From assembly GCA_965223075.1 (NCBI GenBank), contig OZ244986.1, positions 1,795,591 to 1,859,590 on the forward strand: a DNA stretch of 64,000 nt, given 5' to 3'. Made by a program: the position numbers and the translations under genes. The stretch's first letter is position 1. Each line of letters opens with the position of its first letter. Below are positions 46,538-56,674 of this stretch, piece after piece. Under the pieces are notes generated by a model that worked only from the letters and a program-made list of their open reading frames with translations, was not told the DNA's origin and searched no databases. Source of the DNA: Candidatus Marinacidobacterium sp. (GTDB lineage Bacteria > Acidobacteriota > Vicinamibacteria > Marinacidobacterales > Marinacidobacteraceae).

Positions 46538-48562
46538 CTAACTCCACAGGGTGAGGGCCCCGGCGAGCAGGACCACGGCGAACAACATGAGAAGGGCGTA
46601 GTTCTGGAAGAGCCCGGTCTGGAGCCGGCGGAACCGCCCGGATGCGGCAGACAGAATCTCGGCAACCAGGTTGACCGCGCGGTCCACGAGGTTCTGATCG
46701 CTCAGATCGGAGAGATCGCCGGAGAGCCGCGTCACCGACGCGGCTCCGTTGACCGCCCCGTCCACGACCCGCTGATCGAAGCGGTAGAGGCCCTCGCCGC
46801 CGCGGACCGTTCCGTTCACCGCCGTCGCATCGTAGATCTCGTCCACGTAGTACTTGTTGAGCAGGGTCTGGTAGACGCGGCTGCCAGCGAGCGAGGCGTC
46901 CCGGGTCGGCCCCATCCAATAGCGCCGGTAGGCAAACCAGATTCCGCCGGCGGCGAGGGCCACCGAGATCGCCATGAAGGCGTACTCCACGGCGTACGAA
47001 GCGTGGTGCGCTGCGGCGGGCGCGTGGCCGCCGGCGAAGATGGCGGGCTCGAGGAAGTGCTCGATGCGGTTGGCGCCTCCCAAAGCAGCGGGGACTCCAA
47101 CGAAACCGGCAAGCACCGACCCACCAGCCAGAATGACGAGCGGGACCGTCATGGAAGGCACGGACTCGTGGAGGTGCTTCTCCATCGCCGCACCCCCGCG
47201 GAAATCGCCCCAAAACGTCATGATCACCTGCCGGGTCATGTAAAAGGCGGTCAGCGCGGCCGCCACGGCGGCGAGCGCCCAGAGCACCGAGTGGCCGCCG
47301 TCAATGGTCTTCCAGAGGATCTCGTCCTTGCTGAAGAACCCGGCGAGCGGCGGGATGCCGGCGATCGCGACGGTGGCGATCATGAAGGTGTACGCGGTCC
47401 TGGGCATATGGCGCGCGAGGCCGCCCATGTTCCGCATGTCCTGCATCTCGGTGTAGTGGCGCTTCCCGCCGGAGGCGTGCTCGGCGTGCTCCATGGCGTG
47501 GATCACGCTGCCGGACCCGAGGAACAGGCACGCCTTGAAGAAGGCGTGGGTCAGCAGGTGGAAAATCGCCGCCGCGAAGGCCCCCACGCCCGCGCCCAGG
47601 AACATGTAGCCAAGCTGGGAGACCGTGGAGTAGGCGAGAACCTTCTTGATGTCGTTCTGGAAGAGCGCGATGGAGGCCGCGAAGAGGGCGGTGACCGCGC
47701 CCACGGTAGCGACGAGCGCCATCGCCGCCGGGGCGTGCGAGAAGAGCACCCCGCTCCGGGCCACCATGTACACCCCGGCGGTCACCATGGTGGCCGCGTG
47801 GATCAGGGCGGAAACCGGGGTCGGCCCCTCCATCGCGTCCGGCAGCCACACGTAGAGCGGGATCTGGGCCGACTTGCCGGCGGCGCCGACAAAGAGCAGC
47901 ACCCCGATCGCGGTCAGCACCCCGCCGTGCATCTCCGAGGCCGAGATCTGACCCATCACCCCGTAGAAGTCCAGCGTCCCGAAGGTGACGAAGGTCAAAA
48001 ACACCGCGAGGATGAAGCCGGCGTCCCCGATCCGGTTCACGATGAACGCCTTCTTCCCCGCCTGGGCTGCCGCCGGCCGCTCGAACCAGAAGCCGATCAG
48101 CAAGTAGGAGCAGAGCCCGACTCCCTCCCAGCCGATGAACAGGAGCAGCATGTTCGCTCCCAGAACCAGGCTCAGCATGAAGAAGGTGAACAGGTTCAGG
48201 TAGGAGAAGAACCGGCTGAAGCCCGCGTCGTGGCTCATGTAGCCGAGCGAGTAGATGTGGATCAGCAGGCCGATTCCGGTGACCACCAGGGTCATCAGCA
48301 TCGAGAGCGAATCGAGGCGGTACGCCCAGTCCACGCCCATGCTCGGGATCCAGGAGAACAGGGACTGCTCGACCCTGGCGGACGCCCCACCCTCGGCGAG
48401 GAAGACCGTGAAGAAGAAGCCCAGCGCGATCAGGAAGGAAGCGGCCACCGACCCGCAGGCGAGAAGGCCGCTCAGCCGCTTGCCGAGGCGTTTCCCGAAG
48501 AGACCGTTGATCGCGGCACCCAACCCGGGTATCACCGGGATGAGCCAAAGCAGGGAGTTCAA
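46538..48562 (-). CDS. nuoL: NADH-quinone oxidoreductase subunit L
   Basis: 674 aa with WLPDAMEGPTPVSALIHAATMVTAGVYMVAR. Confidence 0.85.
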   Translation of the reverse strand: MNSLLWLIPVIPGLGAAINGLFGKRLGKRLSGLLACGSVAASFLIALGFFFTVFLAEGGASARVEQSLFSWIPSMGVDWAYRLDSLSMLMTLVVTGIGLLIHIYSLGYMSHDAGFSRFFSYLNLFTFFMLSLVLGANMLLLFIGWEGVGLCSYLLIGFWFERPAAAQAGKKAFIVNRIGDAGFILAVFLTFVTFGTLDFYGVMGQISASEMHGGVLTAIGVLLFVGAAGKSAQIPLYVWLPDAMEGPTPVSALIHAATMVTAGVYMVARSGVLFSHAPAAMALVATVGAVTALFAASIALFQNDIKKVLAYSTVSQLGYMFLGAGVGAFAAAIFHLLTHAFFKACLFLGSGSVIHAMEHAEHASGGKRHYTEMQDMRNMGGLARHMPRTAYTFMIATVAIAGIPPLAGFFSKDEILWKTIDGGHSVLWALAAVAAALTAFYMTRQVIMTFWGDFRGGAAMEKHLHESVPSMTVPLVILAGGSVLAGFVGVPAALGGANRIEHFLEPAIFAGGHAPAAAHHASYAVEYAFMAISVALAAGGIWFAYRRYWMGPTRDASLAGSRVYQTLLNKYYVDEIYDATAVNGTVRGGEGLYRFDQRVVDGAVNGAASVTRLSGDLSDLSDQNLVDRAVNLVAEILSAASGRFRRLQTGLFQNYALLMLFAVVLLAGALTLWS

Positions 48563-48639
48563 AACGGCTTACGGAGCACTCCTGAGTACGGGCATGGACG
48601 GCGCGCGGAAGGTACCGGATCGGCGGCTTTAGGTCAACG

Positions 48640-48895
48640 CGTGAAGGGCCGATTCAGCCACCGGAAGAGTGGCCCAGGCACGGGAACCCCCACCGGGAGA
48701 ATGGGCCGACCTCCGGTCGGCGCCGCACCCCGGGAAGAGCGCGGGGACGGCTTGGAACGCCGACCTCCAGCCAGTCCTCCCGGTGGGGGCCGGCATCGCC
48801 CCCCCGCACGCGGGCGAAACCCGCAGATTCCCAATCCTCCGGTTGGCGGCATCGGCGGCCTTGCATCCCGTGACGGGATAAACTGCGTCGTCCCG
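48640..48895. repeat. REP-like mosaic palindromic region
   Basis: GGCCGACCTCCGGTCGGC, AGCGCGGGGACGGCTTGGAACGCCGACCTCC and GGCATCGCCCCCCCGCACGCGGGCGAAACCCGCAG modules. Confidence 0.6.
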
Positions 48896-49189
48896 ATGCG
48901 GATTGTCGCCAAGCGCACGCTGCGCTCTTACTGGCTGCGGGAGCCACGAGCGGAACAACCGCTGAAGGCGTGGTACGCCGTAGCCGCAAAAGCTGATTGG
49001 GCCTCCCCGGCAGACGTGAAGAAGGACTACCGGAACGCGAGCTTTGTCGCGGGCGACCGGGTCGTCTTCAACATTGGCGGAAACAGGTACCGACTCATCA
49101 TTCGTTTCGACTATCCGAAACGCATCGGGTTCGTGCGTTTCGTCGGAACGCACGTTCAGTACGACGCGATCGAAGCGTCCACAATCTGA
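48896..49189 (+). CDS. higB: HigB-like (RelE/ParE superfamily) toxin
   Basis: 97 aa; VFNIGGNRYRLIIRFDYPKRIGFVRFVGTHVQYD matches the HigB_toxin family pattern. Confidence 0.7.
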   Translation: MRIVAKRTLRSYWLREPRAEQPLKAWYAVAAKADWASPADVKKDYRNASFVAGDRVVFNIGGNRYRLIIRFDYPKRIGFVRFVGTHVQYDAIEASTI

Positions 49190-49202
49190 CGAGGAGTTTG
49201 CG

Positions 49203-49577
49203 ATGAACATCAAGCCCATCAAGAGCGAAAGCGACTACGACGCGGCGTTGGCTGCCATCGATCTCCTCATGGGCGCGCCACTCGACACACCGCAAAGCGA
49301 CGAACTCGAGATCCTCGTGACGCTGGTCGAGGCCTACGAAGCCGCGCGCTGGCCCGTGGAGGCCCCCGATCCCGTCTCGGCGATCCAGCACGTCATGGAG
49401 GCCCGCGGCCTCCGGCAGAAGGACCTCGCCGCCCTGATTGGCTCCCAGCCACACGCTTCGGAAGTACTCAATCGCCAGCGCCCACTGACCCTGCCGATGA
49501 TCCGGGCCCTGTCGGCCGAGTGGCGCCTTCCTGCCGACCTGCTGGTCCGCGAGTACGACTTGGCGGCGGCGCGGTAG
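49203..49577 (+). CDS. higA: HigA-like HTH antitoxin
   Basis: 124 aa immediately downstream of higB, with a C-terminal HTH (RGLRQKDLAALIGSQPHASEVLNRQRPLTLPMIRAL). Confidence 0.65.
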   Translation: MNIKPIKSESDYDAALAAIDLLMGAPLDTPQSDELEILVTLVEAYEAARWPVEAPDPVSAIQHVMEARGLRQKDLAALIGSQPHASEVLNRQRPLTLPMIRALSAEWRLPADLLVREYDLAAAR

Positions 49578-49956
49578 ATCGCGCCGACCGGCCCCGCGGC
49601 CCCCAGGGCCACCAACCGCGTATCGCCGTACGCGTAGACAGTGCTGCCGGCGAGGGAACGCCGGTCGTCAGACCCGCGCCGCGGCGCGGAGCGCAGCGAG
49701 AGCACGTATCGCCGACGGAGAAAAAGCGCGGTGACGGCTTGGAACGCCGACCTCTGGTCGGCATCGCCCGGTAGGGCGAAACCCGCCCCACGGCACAGCC
49801 TCACGCCTGCGTCAAGTCTTCGCTCTTCCATGGGCTCTCACGGAGCGATTCCCCAGAAAGTATCGATTCTTCTCACTGAATGGCGAAAAAGCACCGTTTT
49901 TTCACCACCCCCTGCTGATTTCCACCATCCAACCTGGAATCTCGATTCGTGCTAGC
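49578..49956. repeat. REP-like mosaic palindromic region
   Basis: AAAGCGCGGTGACGGCTTGGAACGCCGACCTCTGGTCGGCATCGCCCGGTAGGGCGAAACCCGC module. Confidence 0.6.
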
Positions 49957-49983
49957 ATGATGACAGCATCCACGGGAACCACC

Positions 49984-50211
49984 ATGCCTACGCTCACGAT
50001 CAGGAACCTCCCAGCCAGCACGGTCGCTACGCTCAAGGGACTCGCTGCGCGGAACGGCCGCTCGATGGAACAGGAAGTGCGCGAGCTGCTGGCCGGGTAC
50101 ACCGCCGAGCGCCGGTCGGTGCTTGGACAGCTTGAGGAGGATTGGGCTCGGCAGACGCGGCGGCCGACGGCCGCAGAAATCGATCGTTGGATGGCGATCG
50201 GCCGGCCGTGA
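49984..50211 (+). CDS. vapB: FitA/VapB-like RHH antitoxin
   Basis: MPTLTIRNLPASTVATLKGLAARNGRSMEQEVRELL is homologous to the antitoxin at 37241..37477. Confidence 0.65.
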   Translation: MPTLTIRNLPASTVATLKGLAARNGRSMEQEVRELLAGYTAERRSVLGQLEEDWARQTRRPTAAEIDRWMAIGRP

Positions 50212-50615
50212 AAGCCGTCGTCGACACCAACGTCGTCGCGTATCTGTTGCTCGGAAACGAAGAATTCGTCCAGGAGTCGCGCACCTTCATCGGGAACCTG
50301 GACGAAGGCATGGCGCCGGCGGTCTGGGAAGCGGAACTCGCAAACGTCGTCTGGATGGCGGTTCGACAGGGCGTGATGCCGCTCCCGGAGGGCGGCAAGC
50401 GTCTGAGCGCCGCCGCGCGTCTCGGTATTCGGTCCGTATCAACCCAATCCCTCTGGCACGGCGCGCTGGTTCGGGGCGTTCGCGCCGGCATCGCGGCGTA
50501 CGATGCGCTCTTCGTCGAGTTGGCGATCCGGGAATCGCTGCCCCTGGCGACCTTCGACCGCAGAATCCTCGCGGCGTTTCCGGGCGTTGCCTACCGCCCC
50601 GGCACCTTGGCCTGA
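50208..50615 (+). CDS. vapC: VapC PIN-domain toxin (GTG start overlapping antitoxin stop)
   Basis: VKAVVDTNVVAYLLLG plus PIN acidic residues. Confidence 0.65.
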   Translation: MKAVVDTNVVAYLLLGNEEFVQESRTFIGNLDEGMAPAVWEAELANVVWMAVRQGVMPLPEGGKRLSAAARLGIRSVSTQSLWHGALVRGVRAGIAAYDALFVELAIRESLPLATFDRRILAAFPGVAYRPGTLA

Positions 50616-50619
50616 CGGC

Positions 50620-50990
50620 TGGATCCGAATCGCGGTAGCACCCGCCCGCGGCCAGCGATGCCAGCCCCCACCGGGAGAACCGGCCATGATCGGGTCCGCC
50701 AGCACGCCCCGCCGGGCAGGAAAACAGGGTGGAACACCCGCGGTGGCGGCACGCAGCGTCATCCGCGCTGGTTTCTGGCTCCCGCGCGACCCGCCAAGGC
50801 CGCGAAACACGCGGCGCCAACGCCCTTGCAGCGCGGCGGCATCGGAATGCCTGTCACAGATTGATATAAATTTCACCACATCATGACGAAAAAAGTGTGT
50901 TTTCTCACCTCCTCATGCTAAATTTTGCCGATATCAGCCGTTTCGGAAGCGAGATTTCCTGCTGATTGACCAACGCGGAGGGTACGCCAC
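50620..50990. repeat. REP-like region (CCCACCGGGAGAAC and GGTTTCTGGCTCCCGCGCGA modules)
   Basis: Shares modules with other spacers. Confidence 0.5.
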
Positions 50991-50993
50991 CTG

Positions 50994-52394
50994 ATGAAAC
51001 AGGGAGACCTCCAACAACTCCTCGCCGCCACCAACCGCTGGCGAAGAGATCCGTCCGGCTGGCAAGAAACCGATCCCGATCTGCGCGCCGCCGCCCAGGC
51101 GCCCTTCCACTACGCGGCGGGGATTCTGGACGACCTGGAGCCAGGCGGGTTGTACGTGCTCCGCGGCCCGCGACGCGTTGGGAAGTCCGTCGAACTCAAG
51201 CGAACCATCGCCTCCCTGATCGCGGGTGGCGCGGACCCGCAGCGGATTACTCACTTCGCGGTGGACGGGTGGCGTGCCGACGAACTCCGCGGGTTGATCC
51301 GGGCGACCCGCGCGTGGCTTCCGGATCACGGACTTCGCTACTGGTTCCTCGATGAGATCACCGGGGTGCGCGGCGGTTGGGCCGAGCAGATCAAGTGGCT
51401 CCGCGACAACGATTCGCAATTCCGCTCGGATACGGTCGTCCTGACCGGATCTTCGGCGACCGACCTGACGGAGTCCATCGGAACGCTCGCCGGCCGGCGC
51501 GGCCCGGTTGCGAGACCCGACCGCACGCTGTTGCCGATCGGTTTCCGCTCCTTCGCCCGGCTGGTGTCAAGCGGCGAGACGCCCTCGGACAGCCACCCGG
51601 ACCAGCTTGGCAACATTACGGACGCGCAGCTCGCTGAAGCAGCCGCCGAACTGTCGCCGTGGCTCGACAAGTTGACCGCCGCCTGGGAGACCTACCTGCA
51701 GGTCGGTGGGTTCCCGCGCGCGGTCTCATCGTGGATGACAGACCGGTCCCTCGAAACCCCGCTGAACTCGGAATTGATGGACCAGCTTCACGGCCGGGCC
51801 TTCCGTTCCGGCGAGTGGTCCCGGCCGCAGACCTCTGCCCTGCTGGCCCGCCTCTCCCGGGGTCTCGGCTCTCCGGCCAATGTGTCCGCCATCGCCCGCG
51901 ACCTGGGGATGCAGGTCTCCACCACCCGGCGGCGGCTCGACGATCTGCGGGACGCCTTCGTGATCTGGCCGTGCTACCGGGAGCGCAGCCTTCTTCCCCA
52001 ACTCCGCGCGCAGGAGAAGATCTATTTCACGGACCCGGCCTTCTCCCGCCTCACGGCCCACCCCCCGCCGGACCTCACCCAGCTCAGCGAGCAGCAGTTC
52101 GGCATGGCGCTGATGCGGAATAGAGAGCAGCGGTCGCCGGGGGCGTTCCACGACGCCGATCAGGTTCTCTACCACCGAAACGCCAGCCAGCGGGAGATTG
52201 ATTTCGTCGGCCCGAACTTCGGCGGGCTCGCCTTCGAATCGAAGTACGTGGACGGCGACTCCCGGCGGGGACTCCGCACGCTCCGCTCCTCCCCATGGCG
52301 CGGAATCGTCGCCACCCGCAGCGAATTGAACCTCGACGACCCCGATCTACCCGCCGTCCCCGCCGCTCTGCTTGCCGCGCTGCTGGATGCCTGA
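50994..52394 (+). CDS. AAA_14 ATPase with DUF4143 domain (paralog 2)
   Basis: Walker A LRGPRRVGKS, Walker B RYWFLDEI, and a DUF4143 C-terminal domain. Confidence 0.7.
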   Translation: MKQGDLQQLLAATNRWRRDPSGWQETDPDLRAAAQAPFHYAAGILDDLEPGGLYVLRGPRRVGKSVELKRTIASLIAGGADPQRITHFAVDGWRADELRGLIRATRAWLPDHGLRYWFLDEITGVRGGWAEQIKWLRDNDSQFRSDTVVLTGSSATDLTESIGTLAGRRGPVARPDRTLLPIGFRSFARLVSSGETPSDSHPDQLGNITDAQLAEAAAELSPWLDKLTAAWETYLQVGGFPRAVSSWMTDRSLETPLNSELMDQLHGRAFRSGEWSRPQTSALLARLSRGLGSPANVSAIARDLGMQVSTTRRRLDDLRDAFVIWPCYRERSLLPQLRAQEKIYFTDPAFSRLTAHPPPDLTQLSEQQFGMALMRNREQRSPGAFHDADQVLYHRNASQREIDFVGPNFGGLAFESKYVDGDSRRGLRTLRSSPWRGIVATRSELNLDDPDLPAVPAALLAALLDA

Positions 52395-52567
52395 CGGCCC
52401 GCGCAGCGGTCCGGCACGCGGCTCTCGGGCACTCTTCGGGGCGAACCTTTCCCATGGTCCGCCGGAACATCGAGCCGGGGACACGCACTCCCGCCGCACG
52501 TCCAGCTACACCCCGCCGCCTTTCGATCTGGAGCAGGTCATTGTTCTGGCGCGGAATCGGGCGCTGA

Positions 52568-53359
52568 TTACGTGACGCTCTTGATGTGCCCGCCGTCCAC
52601 GGCCAGCACCGTGCCCGTGATGTAGCTGGCGCGCTCCGATACGAGAAACGCCGCGGCGGCGGCGAACTCCTCGGGTTCTCCGACCCGGCCCAGCGGAATG
52701 TCCGCCGACCACTCGGCGTACACCTCGTCGACAGAACAGGCGCGCGACTCTGCGAGATGGTCCGCCAGTTCGACGAGCCGCGCGGTGCGCGTGTACCCCG
52801 GACAGAGCACGTTGGCGAGCACCCCGTGGGGCGCGGCCTCGTTCGCGAGCGACTTCATGAACCCCGCGATTCCCGACCGCGCGGTGTTGGAGAGAATGAT
52901 GTCCGGCACCGGCTGCTTCACCGAGATCGAGGCGATCGCGAGGACCCGCCCCCAGCGCCGGGCGATCATTCCGGGAAGCGCCGCCCGCACCAGGTTCACG
53001 CAGGAGAGCAGGTTCTGCTCGAGCGCGTCCCGCCACTGCTCGGGCGTGGTGTCCTTGAGGCGGGTCGGGGGCGGACCCCCGGCGTTCGTCACCAGGATGT
53101 CCACCCGTCCGAACCGCTCCTCCGCAGCCCGAATGAACCCGAACGCGGCCTCCGGATCGCCAACGTCTACCTGGTGGGCCAGCACGTTCACGCCGTGACG
53201 GCTTTGGATCTCCGCGGCGGTGTGTTCGAGAGCATCCCGGCCCCTGGCCCCGATCGCAATCCGCGCCCCTTCGGCAGCCAGTGCCTCGGCAACGGCGCGG
53301 CCGAGCCCCTGACTACCCGCGGCGACCACGGCGGCCCGCCCGGCGATACCGAGATCCAT
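52568..53359 (-). CDS. SDR-family oxidoreductase
   Basis: Rossmann GxxxGxG (AAVVAAGSQGLGRAV), NAG, and the catalytic motif with YTRTARLVE context. The likely start is ATG 53359. Confidence 0.75.
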   Translation of the reverse strand: MDLGIAGRAAVVAAGSQGLGRAVAEALAAEGARIAIGARGRDALEHTAAEIQSRHGVNVLAHQVDVGDPEAAFGFIRAAEERFGRVDILVTNAGGPPPTRLKDTTPEQWRDALEQNLLSCVNLVRAALPGMIARRWGRVLAIASISVKQPVPDIILSNTARSGIAGFMKSLANEAAPHGVLANVLCPGYTRTARLVELADHLAESRACSVDEVYAEWSADIPLGRVGEPEEFAAAAAFLVSERASYITGTVLAVDGGHIKSVT

Positions 53360-53563
53360 CGGGCGTGGAGGTCGGAGCCGCTCAGTCGCCTTGGGACCAG
53401 GCGGCGTGAGCACCGCGCGTGGGACAGCGCCCGACGACGCGAACCGTGCGCGGCGCGTGGCTTCCACGCAGGAGCCGAACCGCTGGGTGGCGGTGCGCCG
53501 TTTCGCCCGCCGACGGCGGGCGATGCCGGTCTGAAGACCGGCGCTCCCACGCCTGCCGCGCCA

Positions 53564-53896
53564 TCAGGAGTACTGGCGTTCCTTGCAGGGGACGCAGACC
53601 CGCGTCCAGGGCACCGCCTCCAGCCGGAGGCGCGGAATCTCGTCCTCGCAGTCGGAACAGATGCCGAACTCTCCGGCCTCGATCCGGGCGAGCGCCTTGT
53701 CGATCGCACGGAGCAGCTTCGCGTCGTTTTGCTGAAGCTGAATCACGATCTCGTCGTCGTTCGCCACCATGGACCGGTCCCCGTCATCTCCATGCGGCGG
53801 GGTCCGCGAGAAGGCGCGCGTGTGGACAAGTTTTTCGATGGCGGCTTTCTTGGCGAGAAGATTCGCTTCGTGCAGTTGCAGTTCTTCGGGTGTCAT
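53564..53896 (-). CDS. dksA: DksA/TraR-family zinc-finger transcription factor
   Basis: Coiled-coil N-terminus plus C4 zinc finger CSDCEDEIPRLRLEAVPWTRVCVPC. Confidence 0.8.
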   Translation of the reverse strand: MTPEELQLHEANLLAKKAAIEKLVHTRAFSRTPPHGDDGDRSMVANDDEIVIQLQQNDAKLLRAIDKALARIEAGEFGICSDCEDEIPRLRLEAVPWTRVCVPCKERQYS

Positions 53897-53955
53897 TTTC
53901 GGAGTCTGCCTACCGATTCACGCCGCGTGCGGCACAGAAGAATTGGCCAAGTATA

Positions 53956-54507
53956 TCAACCGTTACGAGTACTTCCGGAAGGGCGATGGGCAGTGTCTCC
54001 GGCGAGCAGTTGGAGGGCGTGTGGGATCGTCGGAGCCAGCGTCCGGAGGCCGCTCTTGACGGCTTGGGGGCTCCCCGGCAGCACGATCACCAGGGTGGCG
54101 CCGATGCTCCCGGCAAGGCTCCGGGAAAGCACGGCCATAGGCGTATCCCGAAGACCCTCGGACCGCAGCAGTTCACCGTAACCGGGCAGTTCGCGATCCA
54201 GGAGAGGCGTGACCGCTTCCGGGGTGCGGTCCCGGGGGCCGAGGCCGGTTCCGCCGGTAGTCAGCACCAGGCGGATGCCCGAAGCCGCCCACGCCTTGAC
54301 TCTTTCCCGGATGGCTTCCACGTCGTCGGGCACGATCGCCGAGTCGGCAATTGAGAACCCGAGTTCCTGGAGGATCTCGCGTGCGATTACCCCGGAGCGA
54401 TCGGGAACGACTCCGGCGGCGCACCCGTCGCTGGCCGTCAGAACCGCGGCGGTCCTCACCGGCGGTGCATCGCGATTGGAGGAAGGCGGCGAATCGGCAG
54501 CTCTCAT
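53956..54507 (-). CDS. MoaB/MogA-family molybdopterin biosynthesis protein
   Basis: MoCF_biosynth domain (GGTGLGPRDRTPEA, GSP). The start is approximate: the N-terminal ~34 codons of the lister ORF are unlikely to be translated. Confidence 0.65.
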   Translation of the reverse strand: MRAADSPPSSNRDAPPVRTAAVLTASDGCAAGVVPDRSGVIAREILQELGFSIADSAIVPDDVEAIRERVKAWAASGIRLVLTTGGTGLGPRDRTPEAVTPLLDRELPGYGELLRSEGLRDTPMAVLSRSLAGSIGATLVIVLPGSPQAVKSGLRTLAPTIPHALQLLAGDTAHRPSGSTRNG

Positions 54508-54592
54508 TTGAAATCCGGCCCGGGAGCCCGTCCAGCCAAGGCGCAGGCGGCTCGGGGCCGGTCCCGGGTTTGCGTCAGAATAGCCATTCCTC

Positions 54593-55540
54593 ATGCAAAT
54601 GCGGCCCACCCGTCGGCATCTCCGGAACTGGCGGGGAATTGTGGTGGCGGGAACGCTGGCGCTGACCCTCTGCGGATTGACGGCGCTGGCCGGCCCTCTC
54701 CTCCAGCAGGCCTACCAGTTCCGGGTGACGGTGGACCTGATCTCGCTCAACGTCACCGTGACCGACGGTCGTGAGCGGTTCATCACCGACCTGATCGAGG
54801 AGGATTTCTCGGTCTACGAGGACGGCATCCTCCAGGAAATCGGGGCTTTCTCGCGGGAGGACCTGCCCATCCGCATGGTGCTGCTGCTCGACACCTCGGC
54901 CAGCATGGTGGACAAGATGCACTTCGCCCAGGAGGCGGCGGTCCGGTTCACCCGGACCCTGCGCATCGAGGACGTGGCGCAGGTGGTCGAGTTCGGCAGC
55001 AACGCCAACATCCTGCAGAAGTTCACCAACAGCCATGGCGATCTCGAACAGGCCATCCGGATGACCCAGGCGGGCGGGACGACGAAGCTGCACAACGCCA
55101 TGTACATCTCGCTGCGCTCGCTTGAGCGCCAGCGTATGGAAGCCCACCGGCAAGCCATCATCCTCCTGTCCGACGGCCGGGACACCAGCTCGCTCGTCAC
55201 CTTCGAACAGGTACTCGACCTGACCAAGGACACCGACGTCGTCATCTACTCCATCTCGCTCCAGAACACCGCGCGCCGGCGGGGACGGCGCTTCTCCGAG
55301 GCCGAGCACGTCCTCAAAAACCTGGCCGAAGAAACTGGCGGCCAGTGGTTCTTCCCTGCCGAACTGGCGGAATTGGAATCGGTGTACGACCGGATCGCCG
55401 AGGAACTGAAGAGCCAGTACAACGTCGGCTACATCTCCAACAATCCGCGGCAGGACGGCGCCTGGCGGCGCATTGTGGTGCAGACCAACCGTCCCGATCT
55501 GCGGGTACGAACCAAACTCGGCTACTACGCGCCGGGTTAG
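54593..55540 (+). CDS. Secreted von Willebrand factor A-domain protein
   Basis: Signal peptide, then MIDAS motif DTSASM with downstream T and D residues. Confidence 0.7.
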   Translation: MQMRPTRRHLRNWRGIVVAGTLALTLCGLTALAGPLLQQAYQFRVTVDLISLNVTVTDGRERFITDLIEEDFSVYEDGILQEIGAFSREDLPIRMVLLLDTSASMVDKMHFAQEAAVRFTRTLRIEDVAQVVEFGSNANILQKFTNSHGDLEQAIRMTQAGGTTKLHNAMYISLRSLERQRMEAHRQAIILLSDGRDTSSLVTFEQVLDLTKDTDVVIYSISLQNTARRRGRRFSEAEHVLKNLAEETGGQWFFPAELAELESVYDRIAEELKSQYNVGYISNNPRQDGAWRRIVVQTNRPDLRVRTKLGYYAPG

Positions 55541-55556
55541 CAGCCTGTGGAGGAAG
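55540..55556 (+). repeat. Solo MITE terminal repeat (TA-GCAGCCTGTGGAGGAAG) at the VWA/dgt junction
   Basis: 17/17-nt match to the left TIR of MITE copies 2 and 3, preceded by TA. No partner end was found downstream. Confidence 0.5.
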
Positions 55557-56665
55557 AAGGGCACTTACGGCCCGTTGCCTGCCGCAGCGCCCGCACCGCG
55601 GGACGCCGCTGGCCGGAAGCGTCCGAATCGTTTCGGACGGCGTATCAGCGGGACCGGGACCGGGTCATCCACTCGAGCGCCTTCCGCCGGCTTCAGTACA
55701 AGACGCAGGTCTTCATCAACCACGAAGGCGACCACTACCGGACCCGGCTCACCCATACCCTCGAGGTCGCGCAGGTCGCGCGGACGATCGTCCGGGCGCT
55801 CCGCCTCAACGAAGACCTCACCGAAGCCGTGGCGCTCGCTCATGACCTCGGGCACACGCCCTTCGGCCACGCGGGGGAAGAGGTTCTCGACGGCCTGATG
55901 CGGAATCACGGCGGGTTCGAGCACAACATCCAGTCCTTCCGCATCGTGGACGAACTCGAGCGCGCCTATCCGGGCTTTGCTGGCCTCAACCTGACCCGCG
56001 AATCGCGGCATGGGATCTTCGCCCATTCGAGCCGGACAGGCTTCGTTCCGGATGACCTTCGGGGCCTGGGTCCGCCGCCCCTCGAGGCGCAGGTTGCGGA
56101 CATCGCCGACGAGATCGCTTACAGCGCCCACGACATGGAAGACGGCCTCTCCTCGGGCCTGATCGGAGTTTCCGACCTGGAGCAGGCGGCGCTGTTCCGG
56201 CGGCACTGGCCCGGGTCTGCCGGAGAAGGACAGAACTACGGGCGAGTGAACGTCCGTACCCTGCTTCGCGGAGTCATCGCAGACCTCGTGGTCGCGCTCG
56301 TCGAGGAAACCGAGCGCCGGATCCGGGATTCCGGAATCGAGGAGTCCGGAAGGAGCGGCCCGGGAGCGCCCGAGTCGGTGTCACCCGTTGTCGAGCTTCC
56401 CGCACGCCAGGACAGCGAACTGCGGGAACTCAAGACGGTCCTCCACGAACGGCTGTACCGCCATCCGCGCGTCGCGGCAACTACCGAGGCCGAGACGCGG
56501 CGGCTGCCTGACCTCTTTCGCTACTACCTGGAAACGCCGGGGGACCTGCCGGCCCACTTCCAGCAGCGGATCGGGCCATCGTCCCGGGAGCGGGTGGTCT
56601 GCGATTACATCGCCGGCATGACCGACCGCTTCGCGACCTGGGACCACCAGCGGCGCTACGGCTGA
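55547..56665 (+). CDS. dgt: dGTP triphosphohydrolase-like HD-domain protein
   Basis: SFRTAYQRDRDRVIHSSAFRRLQYKTQV and an HD motif (HTLEVAQVAR...HDLGHTPFGH). The putative GTG start lies inside the solo TIR. Confidence 0.8.
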   Translation: MEEEGHLRPVACRSARTAGRRWPEASESFRTAYQRDRDRVIHSSAFRRLQYKTQVFINHEGDHYRTRLTHTLEVAQVARTIVRALRLNEDLTEAVALAHDLGHTPFGHAGEEVLDGLMRNHGGFEHNIQSFRIVDELERAYPGFAGLNLTRESRHGIFAHSSRTGFVPDDLRGLGPPPLEAQVADIADEIAYSAHDMEDGLSSGLIGVSDLEQAALFRRHWPGSAGEGQNYGRVNVRTLLRGVIADLVVALVEETERRIRDSGIEESGRSGPGAPESVSPVVELPARQDSELRELKTVLHERLYRHPRVAATTEAETRRLPDLFRYYLETPGDLPAHFQQRIGPSSRERVVCDYIAGMTDRFATWDHQRRYG

Positions 56666-56674
56666 TCCGCCGCG

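Noticed and set aside
55540-55556. Solo TIR as a full MITE insertion at the dgt start
   Set aside because: No partner end was found downstream. It is only a 17-nt footprint, so it is reported as a repeat and not as a mobile element.
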